From Chloropicon primus (Eukaryota): DNA of 64,000 nt. The translations under genes were made by a program, and so were the position numbers. Where the stretch lies: NCBI GenBank assembly GCA_023205875.1, contig CP060767.1:186001-250000 (forward strand), in the 5' to 3' direction. Under the pieces are notes generated by a model. It saw only the letters and a program-made list of their open reading frames with translations. It searched no databases and had not been told where the DNA came from. This document shows positions 1 through 10,918 of the stretch, piece by piece (the first letter of the stretch is position 1; each line of letters begins with the position of its first letter).

Positions 1-140
1 TCCGTCTCGCTCACAACAATGATGCTCCTCGACCTGTCCGACAAGTTCTCCTGCAGGACGACGTGACCCACCCCGTTGTCTTCCCACGTCCCGTCCTCCG
101 CGAGGCTGTAAACCTTCACTCGGCGCTGCGGTTGCTCCAT
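1..140 (-). CDS. PP4R3: Protein phosphatase 4 regulatory subunit 3 (SMEK/PSY2 family); N-terminal EVH1-like part, gene continues off the left edge
   Basis: Not in the ORF track. The minus strand from ATG at 140 reads MEQPQRRVKVYSLAEDGTWEDNGVGHVVLQENLSDRSRSIIVVSET, matching the RRVKVYxLxxxxxWxDxGxGHV start of SMEK/PP4R3 proteins. Confidence 0.8.
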   Translation of the reverse strand, partial: MEQPQRRVKVYSLAEDGTWEDNGVGHVVLQENLSDRSRSIIVVSET

Positions 141-812
141 CTCTCCAACTCTCTCTCTCTCTCTCTCTCTGCGCGCGTGCTCGAGACGGAGGACTTTCGG
201 GCACACCGCTTCGCCTCGTGCCTTTTGCGTTGGTTTTCAAATCAACCCACGCCAGCAGTTCCCTGTGGTGATGATGGGATGAATTAACTCGTGCGGGTTC
301 CTTCCATTCTTCTTCGCTCTTCTCGTAAAGGTACGACGCGAGGAGGTGAAAACGAAGGAGGAGACCTTTCCGAGGCCCTCTCCATGCTTCAGCTCATATC
401 TTCCCTCGTCGTCATCCGAAAAAGAAAACCTTTCATGCCCATCCAAAAAAAAGAAAAAGAAAAAAAAAACAGAGCAACGTTTCAGGTCGTCATGTCCTCA
501 AAACTGCGTCGTTTTTTTCGACCGAAGAGTCTTTGGAAAGATTAGAACGTAACGCTCTGATTGATCCTCTCCAACAAACGCGCCGACCTCTCGTTCGTCG
601 TCCATTCCACTCGGCGTACTCACCTCTCCCTCCTCGTCCACCCCGAAGTCACGAGGTTGTGGTTTTAGGTGTACGAGATCTGAGGCTCTCAGCTCTTCAG
701 CGAGCGGGCGGCGGGTGACGTCGATTACGGAGACGTGAAACAAAGGTGAGTGGAGGACGAGGAAGGTAGGGAGGAAGAAAGAGGGTGGGACTGACGGAAG
801 AGTCGTGTCGTG

Positions 813-1222
813 ATCTTTCCAAAGACCCCTCGTTGGAAGATTTTGACGCCGTAATGAAGTTTTTAGAGACTGAATGGTGGATGCCGTTTCGTTTTTTTAT
901 TAGCTGGCCTTGGACGGAGGGAGAGACAGGTGAGTGGAGGAGGAGGACGGGGAGGGGGGCGAACGAGGGGGAGGGGACCGGAACCTTCGTCTGTTACTCT
1001 TTCTTTCGACCCCTCGGTCGAGGATTTCGACGCCTTGGGTGAGGGTTTTGAGGGAGATCTGTCCGTCCTGAAAGAGGGAGAGAAGAGGGGGAAGAGGGAG
1101 GGCGACAGAAGGCGGGGGAGAGGGCGACGGGGACGGTCGGGGTGCTGGACCGGGACGAAGCCTTCGGAATCATCGTCTTCTCCTCTTTCTTTCGACCTCT
1201 AGGTCGAGGATTTCGACGCCGT
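813..1222 (+). repeat. Three degenerate copies of an upstream module at ~185-bp spacing
   Basis: GACCCCTCGTTGGAAGATTTTGACGCC (824), GACCCCTCGGTCGAGGATTTCGACGCC (1008) and GACCTCTAGGTCGAGGATTTCGACGCC (1194); spacings are 184 and 186 bp. Confidence 0.75.
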
Positions 1223-1311
1223 GGTGAGGATGGGAGACTGAGACTGACAGGGTTTTTTTCTTGTCTTTTGGCAAAACGCGCGGAGCAGAAGCCTTGTTGA
1301 GGCCAACACCC

Positions 1312-2631
1312 ATGAAGGTGCAAGCAATGAGAAGTTTGAGCGGGAAGCCGGCGTGCACCTCTTCGAGGAGGTTTTCCTCGGTGAGCTGCAGGGCCACGGG
1401 GTCTGGCTCGGAGGGGGCGTCCTCGTACAGCAGCAGGAGGGAGAGCATGAAGGCGTCGATCAACCCGAGCGGGGCGAGGAGCCGCTTGGTGGCGCCGAAC
1501 GCGATCGAGGCGAGGCCGGACGTGGAAGCCCTGGAGAAGCTCGTGAGGAGCGAGGCGGCCCCCGACGCTTCCCCCGTTCTCATTTGCGGTCAAGTGTCTC
1601 ACTCGTTGACCAAGGAGAGGGAGGAGATCATACATAGCATGGAGGACTTCATGGAGGAGAAAGTGTACAAGTACCTGAAACCCGTGGAAAAGTGCTGGCA
1701 GGCGCAGGACTTCTTGCCGGACCCAGCGAGCGAGGACTTCATCCCGGAAATCCAAGCTTTGAGGGAGAGGACCCTCGCTCTGCCTGACGATTACTTGGTG
1801 GTGTTGGTGGGCGACATGGTGACCGAGGAGGCCCTGCCCACCTACATGAGCATGCTGAACACGATTGACGGGACTCGAGACGAGACCGGAAGCGACGACA
1901 CGGTCTGGGGGAAGTGGACGCGCGAGTGGACCGCGGAGGAGAACAGGCACGGAGACCTGCTGAACAAGTACCTTTACCTCAGCGGGAGGGTCGACATGAG
2001 GCAGATCGAGGTTACCATCCAGAACTTGATCGGGAGCGGCATGTGCCCCAAGACGGAAAACAACCCCTACCTCGGTTTCATGTACACCTCTTTCCAGGAG
2101 AGGGCGACCAAGGTTTCTCATGGCAACACGGGAAGGAGCGCGGCCAAGCACGGCGACCAGGCTCTTGCGAACATTTGCGCGCAGATCGCAAGCGACGAGG
2201 CGAGGCACGAGAAGGCGTACCAGCTGATTTGCGAGGAGCTCTTCAGGCTGGACCCTGACGGAATGATGATGGCCTTTGCCGACATGATGAAGAAGCAGAT
2301 CGTGATGCCCGCCCACATGATGGACGACGGCGTCCACACGTCGAGGGGGTCCGGGGCCGCGCTCTTCGAGGACTTTGAGAAGGTGGCCTACGCCACGGAG
2401 ACTTACACGACGGCAGACTACATCGACATCATTGACTACCTCATCAAGAGGTGGGACGTGGAGTCCATCAAGTGCTCCAGCGCGGACGGCCAGAAGTCGC
2501 AGGACTACGTGTGCAAGCTCCCAAACAGGCTGAGAAGGCTTGCGGAGAGGGCGGAGAAGAGGATGAAGAAAACAGCGAACAAGCAAGAAGTCAAATTTAG
2601 CTGGGTATACGACAGACCCATCTTTGTCTAA
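1312..2631 (+). CDS. SAD: Plastid stearoyl-ACP (delta-9) desaturase
   Basis: Single exon with an S/R-rich transit peptide. Di-iron motifs are present: [47 protein letters not shown] and [12 protein letters not shown]. The ATG at 1312 is in frame with ORF 1261..2631. Confidence 0.95.
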   Translation: MKVQAMRSLSGKPACTSSRRFSSVSCRATGSGSEGASSYSSRRESMKASINPSGARSRLVAPNAIEARPDVEALEKLVRSEAAPDASPVLICGQVSHSLTKEREEIIHSMEDFMEEKVYKYLKPVEKCWQAQDFLPDPASEDFIPEIQALRERTLALPDDYLVVLVGDMVTEEALPTYMSMLNTIDGTRDETGSDDTVWGKWTREWTAEENRHGDLLNKYLYLSGRVDMRQIEVTIQNLIGSGMCPKTENNPYLGFMYTSFQERATKVSHGNTGRSAAKHGDQALANICAQIASDEARHEKAYQLICEELFRLDPDGMMMAFADMMKKQIVMPAHMMDDGVHTSRGSGAALFEDFEKVAYATETYTTADYIDIIDYLIKRWDVESIKCSSADGQKSQDYVCKLPNRLRRLAERAEKRMKKTANKQEVKFSWVYDRPIFV

Positions 2632-2988
2632 GCTGAGGCATTCCAATCAATGTAGTTTAGCGTTTTCAAGAATTAACCCCCTTCTTCCAAGGATGATTGT
2701 TCGGCGCTCGGTTCGGTCTTCAAGGCAAAATGCTTAGAGGAGGAGTGTATCAATAACGTTTATAAAAGATAAAGGCCAAAGTTATCAAGCAAATAGGAAG
2801 GAGAACGCGCAGACGGTGTGCTTGGTGTGTCGTTCTCCCAAACAAGCAAAACACAAGAGGGACATGCATGGCAAGGCGAATTCAGGCAAGGCGAACACTG
2901 AGAGGTCTCATAACGGGCAACAAGCGAGGACATGCAGAGGACATGCAGAGTAGGGCAATGTCGAGCTCTCGTCAACCGCGAGCTCTTA

Positions 2989-4140
2989 TCAACCGTGAAG
3001 TGGCTGCAGGACGAAGAAGGGCTGTCCAAACGCCCGGACCGTGTTGATGTTTCCGTCCTGCCCGGCTTGACTGAAACCGTTACCAGCGTAACCGATCGCC
3101 TTGGCCGAACCGCGAGCTCCCTCGTTCTTGGAAACGTCCTCACCTCCAGCGACGTTGAAGGGCTTGAGGCTATCGGAGTACGCGGTAAGGCCGGATTGGG
3201 AGGTTCCCTTTGGAACGTACCACTCGGTCACGAAATGGGTGTCTCCTTGAGTGTGGACTCCAGTGGTCTTGGTGTTGGTCTCCGCGCCCGAACTGGCTGC
3301 GGCCGCCACCTCCTTCTCTCCGGAGTAGACATCGTCGATGGAGATGCTATAGGACGCTTCTCCGTAAGGATTGCTGAAGGAGGTCGCGGCGTTTCCTCCA
3401 ATGCTCCACGCCCCCTTGCCGTGCGCGCTCCCGTGGGATCCGCCATGAGCGGAGGCGTAAGCGTGAGGGATGTAAGAGCTCGTCGAGTTGGACTCGGTGA
3501 GCAACCTCCTTCCCCCGATGAAGTCCTCCCCGGTGGCAAACACGGCAGGGAAGTAAGGGCTGAGGAAGGTGTTCCCGAACTGGCTCGCGAGGTAGTGACG
3601 CAAGGACGTGTCGGACTCCGCGCCCACTCCGCCGGCCTGCACGACGGCACTCGCCTGCATGTCCGAGTTGGTCACCACGTCCCTGGCTCCGGCCCCGGCA
3701 AAGGGGCGATCGCCCACGGCCTTGGACGAGAAATACGTGTCGGAGGTTCCGCTCGGCACGTAGTGGTAGTTCTGCATCGTGGCGTGAGTGCTTCCGTACG
3801 CGTCCGTCTGCTCGACCGGATCGTCGTTGTTGGTCAAGGCATGAGACTCACCGATGGCCTCGACCTCGGAGTCGAGGCCGGTCTGGACGAAGGATCCACT
3901 CATGGCGAGGGACCCATCGTAGCTCGGGTTGCTCACGGCCTGCTCGGCATTCGCGGCGATGCCATAGGACGTACCGTGGCTCTTCACGTACGAAGAGGAG
4001 GACACGTAAGTCTTGGGCGACGGACGCTTCCACAATTCCTCAGAGTCGGAGGATGTGGCATTGGCGGACGACACCGCAAGCATCGCCATCGCGAGGTAAG
4101 ACAACGTAGCCTTAGTCTTCGATGAAGGCGTCTTCATCAT
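2989..4140 (-). CDS. Secreted S/A/G-rich protein with two homologous modules separated by an RRLL motif; function unknown
   Basis: ATG at 4140 is followed by a signal-peptide-like segment (TLSYLAMAMLAVSSANA). GC3-rich codon usage. Internal duplication (YVPSGTS/YVPKGTS) with RRLL at 3510-3499. Confidence 0.75.
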   Translation of the reverse strand: MMKTPSSKTKATLSYLAMAMLAVSSANATSSDSEELWKRPSPKTYVSSSSYVKSHGTSYGIAANAEQAVSNPSYDGSLAMSGSFVQTGLDSEVEAIGESHALTNNDDPVEQTDAYGSTHATMQNYHYVPSGTSDTYFSSKAVGDRPFAGAGARDVVTNSDMQASAVVQAGGVGAESDTSLRHYLASQFGNTFLSPYFPAVFATGEDFIGGRRLLTESNSTSSYIPHAYASAHGGSHGSAHGKGAWSIGGNAATSFSNPYGEASYSISIDDVYSGEKEVAAAASSGAETNTKTTGVHTQGDTHFVTEWYVPKGTSQSGLTAYSDSLKPFNVAGGEDVSKNEGARGSAKAIGYAGNGFSQAGQDGNINTVRAFGQPFFVLQPLHG

Positions 4141-4413
4141 GCAGTTATGTGCAGGCAGGAGCAAAAGGTAACAGTAACAAGCTGTGAAGGAAGAGGCTTG
4201 AGGTTGGTTTGTCAGAAGGCGTCTCGTGCGACTCGACGTTCGCCGATTGTGATCATCGCATGCGCGCAATGCCCCTTAAGTACCCCTCCACCTCCGCAAT
4301 CGAGATCGCGGCAAAACCGTGCGTTACAGTCCGCCATCTTCATGGCCAAAAGCGTGGGCCAGCGGCAAAATGCGGTCGTCGAATCCTTCCCATGGGATGA
4401 AGGGACCCCAAGG

Positions 4414-4446
<33 letters not shown>

Positions 4447-4759
4447 AGTGGAGGAGGGTGGAGGAGAGGGTGGATCTCCTCCCCTGTCACACACACACAC
4501 ACACACACTCTTCTTTCTCTCCTTGCTTCTTCTTCATCAGCATTTTTGGACCCGAGCGAGGAGGATAGGATGGACTCTTCTTCTTCTTGTACAAATTGTT
4601 TCGGGTATTCTTTTGTTACACACACAAAGCAAGGCAAAGCAAAGCAACTTTGCTTGCCGCCGCCTGCCCGCTTGTCTAATATTTCCTATCTTCTTGCCCC
4701 TTGTTCAAATCGGCAAAACTTGTTCTCCCTCCACGATCCACAAAGGCAGGCAGGTTTTT

Positions 4760-6901
4760 CTAAAGTTCCCCCTCCTCAGCGTCGTCCTCCCCCTCCATGG
4801 CCTCGTCCTCGTCGTACTGGACCAGGGTGAGCCCCATCGAGGGCAGAATGGACTCGGACTTCTGGAGCTGCTTGAGCTCTTCCGTCTTCTCCGGGAGCTG
4901 CATTCGGGTGTCCCCGGTGAGCAGGGCCGCCTGCGCGGCCTTGAGCTCCTCCGTCTCCTTCTCCGCCTTCTCGATCCTCATCTTCTCCTCCCTCTCCTTT
5001 CTCTCCTTCTCCTCCTTCTCCGCCTGCTGCTTCCTCTCGAGCTCGGCCTTCTCCCTGGCTTTCATCTGCTGCTCGCGGGACTGGAATTCCGACCACAGGC
5101 TGTTGCCGGCCTCGGCCTTCTTCTCCCCGGCGCTCGCCTCCGCCGGGCTCTTCGCGCCGCCGGGGTCCTTCTCCGTCAGGGTCTCCCACGCCGAGGCGTT
5201 CTTCAGGGTCACCTCCCGGTTTCCCGAATCGTTCAGGATCTGGGGCTGGGACCCCTGGGGCCTCGTCGTGGACACCCTCGTGACGTCACCCGCAAACGAG
5301 CTGTTCTCTGCTCACACACACACAAGCAAGGGACAGAAGACAAGTTCGTTCGGTGTCAGTCCACGCTAAGCCATAAACGCGCGTACGGCCGCTGTCACAT
5401 CCCAAAAAGTGAAGCGAGTGGAACACACATTTGGGGTATGAAAAAGCGCGATTATTTACTTTTCATGTCGCCGTCTGATCCAACGCCCTCTGCAGACTCG
5501 CTCTCGGAATCTGTTGGGAGGAGAGAGAGAAAAAAAAGACCAAAATTTTGGGGTGAGTAAGGCAGAAAGACCGCCGGCAAAGCGCGCGCTCAACGTACCG
5601 CTCGAGTCCGAATCCTTGTCAGCCCCCAGCTGGCGCTTGGAGCTCACGGGGGAAAAGTCGGTGGACGGGCCGCCCGCAGACCTGGAGGCCAGGGTGGCGT
5701 TGACGTCCTCCAACTTCCTCGCCGTCTCCTCCTGCTGCTGCTGCATCCTCTGAATCTTCTCCTGGTGGGTGTTCTTCTTCGCGCCCTTGAGGCAAGAGTT
5801 GACGTATTTGTTGAGCCTCCACAGCGTCTGGTTGTCCAGCTTGTCGATGTCCAGCTCGATCTCCTCCTCGCTGTTGTCAATCTTCGAGGGACCCTCGTTG
5901 ATGATCTGCACGACTCTGCCGAGCTTCTCCGCGGGGAGCATCCCGAGGTTAACGCTCAGCTTCCTCTTTTCCTCGAAGGACATGTCCGCGTTGGGGTCGT
6001 CCCCGGGCTTGGCCTTCTTTCCTCCCGGCATCTGCTGCTTCAGCTTGTTGATCTCCGTCTGGAGGTGGTCCAGCTGCTGCGACGCGGTCTTCTGGTGCTT
6101 GCTCACGCCCCTGTAGCTCTGGAAGTTCTTCAGGTCGTCCTCCTCCCTCTTCTGATGCTCGAGCTCCATCGCAAACTTCCCCTCGAGGTTGCTGTTCTGC
6201 CACTTCTTCTCAAACAGGTCCGCCAGGCTGTCTCCCATCTGCCTCACGTCGCTCCCGACGGGGTTGTAAAGCTGGCAGTTGTCGAAGATCAGTCTCAGGT
6301 CGTCCCTGAACTCAAGGAGGCTCTTGTACTCCCTCGGAGTCTCCTTGCACTTGGCGTCAAAACCACCCAGCTTGTCCGCCACCGTCTGCATGTCCATGGG
6401 CATCTTCACGATCTTCGGGTAGTCCGGGATGCCAAGGGTCCTCCAGTCCACCGGCTTGTGGAAGGGCCAAGCGTTTCGGTTCTGCTTCAGCTGCTTCAGT
6501 ATCGTCGCGCACTGGCCCCACAGGGACTGGACTCTCCTGTTCCTCTCCTTCAACATGACCTGCCTCCTCGCCTCGCGGGACATGGGCTCGCTCGAGGTCA
6601 TGGCGCTCTTTCCGCCGGACTCCGTCGACTTTCGCTTCACGCCACGCTTCCCGTCCTCCGACTTGCGGCTCCTCTGGCCGCCTCCATGCCCGAGAGACCT
6701 CCGCTTCTTCGCGATCTTCACCTCCACGCGCTGGAGCTCCTTGTTCACCCTCTCCAGCTCCAACTTGAGCTCCGCCTTCTTCGACTTCCTGTCCTCCCTC
6801 CCCAGAGTCGCGAACCCTCCCGCCGCTCCTCCCGCTCCCCCACTCATCGAACTGTTCGCTGCCATCCCCGTCGTCACACCTCCATTCCCCACTCCGTTCA
6901 T
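4760..6901 (-). CDS. GTE: BET/GTE-family bromodomain + extra-terminal (ET) domain protein, 3 exons
   Basis: Exons 6901-5599, 5510-5460 and 5307-4760 have GT-AG boundaries and join in frame (..SDSS-D-SESESAEGVGSDGDMK-K-NSSFAGDVTRVSTT..). Bromodomain: AWPFHKPVD..PDYPKIVKMPMD..DLRLIFDNCQLYNP. ET domain: MSFEEKRKLSVNLGMLP..EIELDIDKLDNQTLWRL. Coiled-coil C-terminus. Confidence 0.9.
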
Positions 6902-7137
6902 TACCCCAACACTCGTCCCTCTCCCTCAACACAAACACTTCACCACGAAGATGAAGATCAAGATGAAGAACAACCAAAGGACCGAAAGAGGCAAGGCAAA
7001 AGAACGCCGAAAGAGGCAAGGCAGGAATCCCGGATGCGAGGTTCAGGGACGGACCAACCTTCCGGCTTCGCCACCTCAAGTGCCTCTGTCTCTGTCTCTC
7101 TCTCTGTCTGTCTCTGTGGAGCAAAACACAAAACCAG

Positions 7138-7462
7138 CACCCTTTAGCTTCTTAAATCCTCAAACTCGAACCGTTCCTCGCGTGCGACCGGTCGTTGGAA
7201 GCGTCACGACCACGCGCTTCGAATGACACCGCCCTCTCTTCCTCGCGTTGCCGTTCACCTCGTCAAAACGTTGCACGAACTCACCTGAACCAAAGACACG
7301 CAAGGAAACGTCACACCCTTTAGCTTGTGGAATCCTCAATCTTGCACGGTTCCTCTTGTGCGACGGGTCTTTGGAAGCGTCACGACCACGCGCTTCGAAT
7401 GAAACCACCCTCACTCCCTCGCGTTCCCGTTCACTTCGTCAAAACTTTGCACGAACTCACCT
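7138..7462. repeat. Direct tandem duplication with a 176-bp period, upstream of the GTE gene
   Basis: CCTTTAGCTT occurs at 7141 and 7317; TTGGAAGCGTCACGACCACGCGCTTCGAATGA is in both copies; GAACTCACCT ends at 7286 and 7462. Confidence 0.9.
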
Positions 7463-7697
7463 CTTCCCTTCTTCCCTTGTTCTTTCGCCGAGCAGCCGCC
7501 GTTTCTGAAAAAACCCTACTGAGACTTTCCCATATGGAAATGTCTAAAAGAAGTTCAAATTTGAAATTTGAAGAAAAATCGAAAAGAAATTCATTGGCGG
7601 CTCCTCGGCCTCTAGGAGTCAACAAGGGGAGGGGACTGTGTTCCGCGGGAGCGGTTTTTTCGAGCGCGTGGTTGGTTTTTTGGGAAGGAGGTCTTGT

Positions 7698-7940
7698 GTT
7701 TCGAAAACTACGTCTTGAGATCTTTCGTTTGATTCTTTGGTCGAAGGTTTTGACCTTCATTCGATTGGGTTACGACGGGGACGAAGGTCCACGCCTGCAG
7801 GGAGTCACCGAAGAGGTTCCTGGACGAGACCTGACGGAGTTTTGGGAGCCGGAGACGCGCGAGGGGAGTCGAGGGGGCCAGTTTCGAAAACTAGGTCTCG
7901 AGATCTTTCGAACGATCGTTTGGTCGAGGAGTTTGACGAC
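7698..7940 (+). repeat. Degenerate duplication with a 183-bp period, upstream of NOC1
   Basis: GTTTCGAAAACTA..TC(T/C)GAGATCTTTCG..TGGTCGA..TTTGAC occurs at 7698 and 7881. Confidence 0.8.
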
Positions 7941-8099
7941 GATTTGGTCTATTCGCGACGGTCGTGAAGTGATCTCACGACAAGCAGGAAAGAGGTTGCA
8001 GACTTTGCTCGGCAGTCCTCCTGTAGCAGCAGAAGCACTCCAGCCTGGGTGGTTTCGGGAACCGACAAGCGTTACTGGTAACGCCTGAGAACGTGAGAG

Positions 8100-10871
8100 A
8101 TGTCTCTGCGTGACGACGTGCTGAAGTACGCTTCCGAGATTGGCCTGAGCGGTGCGCAGCAGGGCGGTGGTGGGTTCAACGACACGGACTTCAGGCCCAA
8201 GAGCAAGGCGAAGAGGAAGAGGGAGAAGGAGAGGGGAGGGGGGAAGAAGGGAAGCAGGGAGAGGCAAAGGGGTGACAACGGTGGGAGGGCTAGGCCCCTG
8301 CAGGGGCAGCAGCAGCTGTTTCAGCAGAGGACCAAACACGTGCGCTTCGAGGGGAACGGGAACGTTCGCGGGAACACCCGAGAGGGCCCGAGGCCCGTTG
8401 GGCCTGACCCGAACGAGCAGAGGGCATGGAACGAGGGGGCAGGACCCATACCGGACTCCCTGCTGGGGGACGCCACGGCGTCGTACGACGGGTTCGACGA
8501 GGTGCTCTCCGCGAGCGTCTGGCACTCGGTGTACGACGACCTCATGGGCGCCCACACGGCGAAATCGGCCGGAGCTGGCAAGAAGAAGAGGAAGAAGAAC
8601 AGAAGCGGTTCGGGCTTTGACTCCCGCGCGGGAGAACTGAGGCTGAGAGCCGAGAGGCTCGCGGAGGATTTCACCAAGAGGAGCGAAGTGCACATGAAGA
8701 AGTTTGGGGGGCAGGACGCCCAGTGGCTGATGACGGCCAAGGCGAAGGGTACGGTGAGGGATAAGATTGCCGCAGCCTCGCTGCTGGTCCAGCAAAATGT
8801 CGTGGCGAACCTCGGCAGCCTGGAGATGCTGGTGAACATGGTTGTCAGGAACAAGGGAAGCAGGGACGGCATCCAGCACACGCTGGAGGCCCTCGGGGAG
8901 CTCTTTTCCACCACGCTGCTGCCAGAACGAAAGCTGTTGTACTTCTCCAGCCAAGTTTTCGTCAAGAGTGGCCACTCCGAAAGCGTGGACGACAAACTGC
9001 TGATCGTTTGCTACATCGAGGACAGGGTGAAGGCGCTTTACAACGAGTTTGTGGAGGGCTTGGAGACGCTCACAAAGGACAACCTCGAGTTCCTGAAACA
9101 GAAAGCGATAAAGACGGCCTTTACTCTGCTCAAGACCAAGCCAGAGCAGGAGGCCAGGCTGCTGTCGATTCTTGTCAACAAACTGGGAGACCCCAGCCGA
9201 AAGATTGCTTCCAACGTCGTTTACTTTCTGCACAGCCTCTTTGAGGAGCACCCGGGAATGAAGTCCATCGTGGCCCAGGAGGTGGAAAACTTCTTGTTCA
9301 GACCCAGCCTGGCTCCGAGGGCTCAGTACACCTCGGTGATCTTCCTCAACCAGATCCTCCTCAGCAAGAAGGAGAGCGAGGGCGGCCCGGCGCTCGCGAG
9401 GAAATTGATCAATCTGTACTTCAGTTTCTTTCAGTTGCTGACGAACCCTGCGACAAGGGAGGAGGAGGACGACGCCGGTGGCCAAAGCCGCCATAAAAAG
9501 TTCGGCGACGACAAGAAGAAGGCCGGCAGCAAGAAGAACAAATCGGGAGATGTCGTAGTTGACTCCAAAATCCTTGGCGCGCTTCTCACGGGGGCAAACA
9601 GGGCCTTTCCCTTTGTCTCGGACACTGATATCGATGGCCTCATCGAGAAGCACAGCCCCAAGCTCTTCCAGCTTGCGCACGGGTCAAACTTCGGCACGTG
9701 TGTTCAGGCCCTGCACCTGCTTTACCACCTGTACAATACCAAAATGTCGCTCAGCGACAGGTACTATAGAGCTCTGTACAGTGCTCTTTTGAGAAAAGAC
9801 CTCTTGACCTCCAACAAGGCTTCTATGTTCCTGAGCTTGCTCTTCAAGTCCCTCAAAGCAGATGTGAACAAAGTCCGCGTGGCAACCTTCTTGAACAGGC
9901 TTCTGCAAGTCACAGCCGAGGCGAAGCCCAACGTCACTTGTGGATCTTTGCTCCTCATTTCCGAGACGATGAAGCACTTCCCTGCGCTGTGGGCCTACGT
10001 GAACGAAGGTGCTGACAACGGTGGCGAAGAGTTCAAGGACGTTGAGGAAGAATCGGATGCGGAGGAAGTGAATGAGGCAGAGGAGGGGGGCAGTGGTGAT
10101 GACAGCGAGGGCGAGGAGGAAGAGAAACAGAAGAGGGGAGGTGAAAAGCAAAAGGGCACCAAAAGCAAAGTTTATGACATGCTGAAGAGAGACCCTCAAT
10201 ACTCAGGCATGGAAGAGACCTGCTTCTGGGAGCTATCGCTGCTGTCGAAGCACTTTCATCCATCCACCTCTGTGATGGCCCGAACTCTCCTAGCGGGCAC
10301 GCACATCGTGTACGACGGCGACCCATTCCAGGACTTGAACGTGGTGAATTTCCTGGGCAAATTTGTGCAGAAGAAGCCCAAGGCCATCTCGAGCAAGTTC
10401 AGCAAGGCAGCTGATCCCGGGGAAGGCCTTTCAGAGGCCTTTGCAGACCTGGAGGAAGGCCAAGTGAACCCCGCAGACTTGTTCCATTACTACAACCAGA
10501 GAGTGAGGAAGGTGGTGAAGAAGGATGCCGGGGCTGACATTGAAAAGGGCGGCAGTCGGGATGACAAGAAGCTGCTGGAGGCAATGCTTGCTACAGGGGG
10601 AGAGAACTCGGACGACAGCGGGGAAATTTCGGGGTCCGCGAGTGACGACGACCTCGATGATAGTGACGATGTCGCGACGTCTTCGTCCACAACAGAGGAC
10701 AGTGAGGAGGAAGAGCTCGATTTTGCGAGCGAGGACGAAGGCACTGACGAAAAGAAGGCCAAGACCGACAAGGACAGCGGGCCTTTTGCATCTGCAGCAG
10801 ACTACGCGGATCAGATTGACGCTGACCTCAGCAAGTCGAAGGAATACTTGAAGGAGCTCCTTGGAGAATAA
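8100..10871 (+). CDS. NOC1: CBF/Mak21-family ribosome biogenesis protein (NOC1/CEBPZ)
   Basis: 923-aa single exon with KGTVRDKIAA, KPEQEARLLSILVNKLGDP, ALLTGANRAFPF, SDRYYRALYS, YDMLKRDPQY and CFWEL..HFHPS; acidic C-terminus ending FASAADY. Confidence 0.92.
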   Translation: MSLRDDVLKYASEIGLSGAQQGGGGFNDTDFRPKSKAKRKREKERGGGKKGSRERQRGDNGGRARPLQGQQQLFQQRTKHVRFEGNGNVRGNTREGPRPVGPDPNEQRAWNEGAGPIPDSLLGDATASYDGFDEVLSASVWHSVYDDLMGAHTAKSAGAGKKKRKKNRSGSGFDSRAGELRLRAERLAEDFTKRSEVHMKKFGGQDAQWLMTAKAKGTVRDKIAAASLLVQQNVVANLGSLEMLVNMVVRNKGSRDGIQHTLEALGELFSTTLLPERKLLYFSSQVFVKSGHSESVDDKLLIVCYIEDRVKALYNEFVEGLETLTKDNLEFLKQKAIKTAFTLLKTKPEQEARLLSILVNKLGDPSRKIASNVVYFLHSLFEEHPGMKSIVAQEVENFLFRPSLAPRAQYTSVIFLNQILLSKKESEGGPALARKLINLYFSFFQLLTNPATREEEDDAGGQSRHKKFGDDKKKAGSKKNKSGDVVVDSKILGALLTGANRAFPFVSDTDIDGLIEKHSPKLFQLAHGSNFGTCVQALHLLYHLYNTKMSLSDRYYRALYSALLRKDLLTSNKASMFLSLLFKSLKADVNKVRVATFLNRLLQVTAEAKPNVTCGSLLLISETMKHFPALWAYVNEGADNGGEEFKDVEEESDAEEVNEAEEGGSGDDSEGEEEEKQKRGGEKQKGTKSKVYDMLKRDPQYSGMEETCFWELSLLSKHFHPSTSVMARTLLAGTHIVYDGDPFQDLNVVNFLGKFVQKKPKAISSKFSKAADPGEGLSEAFADLEEGQVNPADLFHYYNQRVRKVVKKDAGADIEKGGSRDDKKLLEAMLATGGENSDDSGEISGSASDDDLDDSDDVATSSSTTEDSEEEELDFASEDEGTDEKKAKTDKDSGPFASAADYADQIDADLSKSKEYLKELLGE

Positions 10872-10918
10872 TTAAAAAGACATAAAATGATTTATTATAA
10901 CTTTTGTTACACTACCTA

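Noticed and set aside
994..2646. Long antisense ORFs (also 5765-7147, 7770-9680, 15401-17737, 39705-40985, 59919-62567)
   Set aside because: These are shadows of GC3-rich genes on the opposite strand and contain no recognisable domains.
4410..4510. (GAGGAC)n, (CA)n and (GA)n tracts here and in many introns and UTRs
   Set aside because: These are ordinary microsatellites, common throughout the window.
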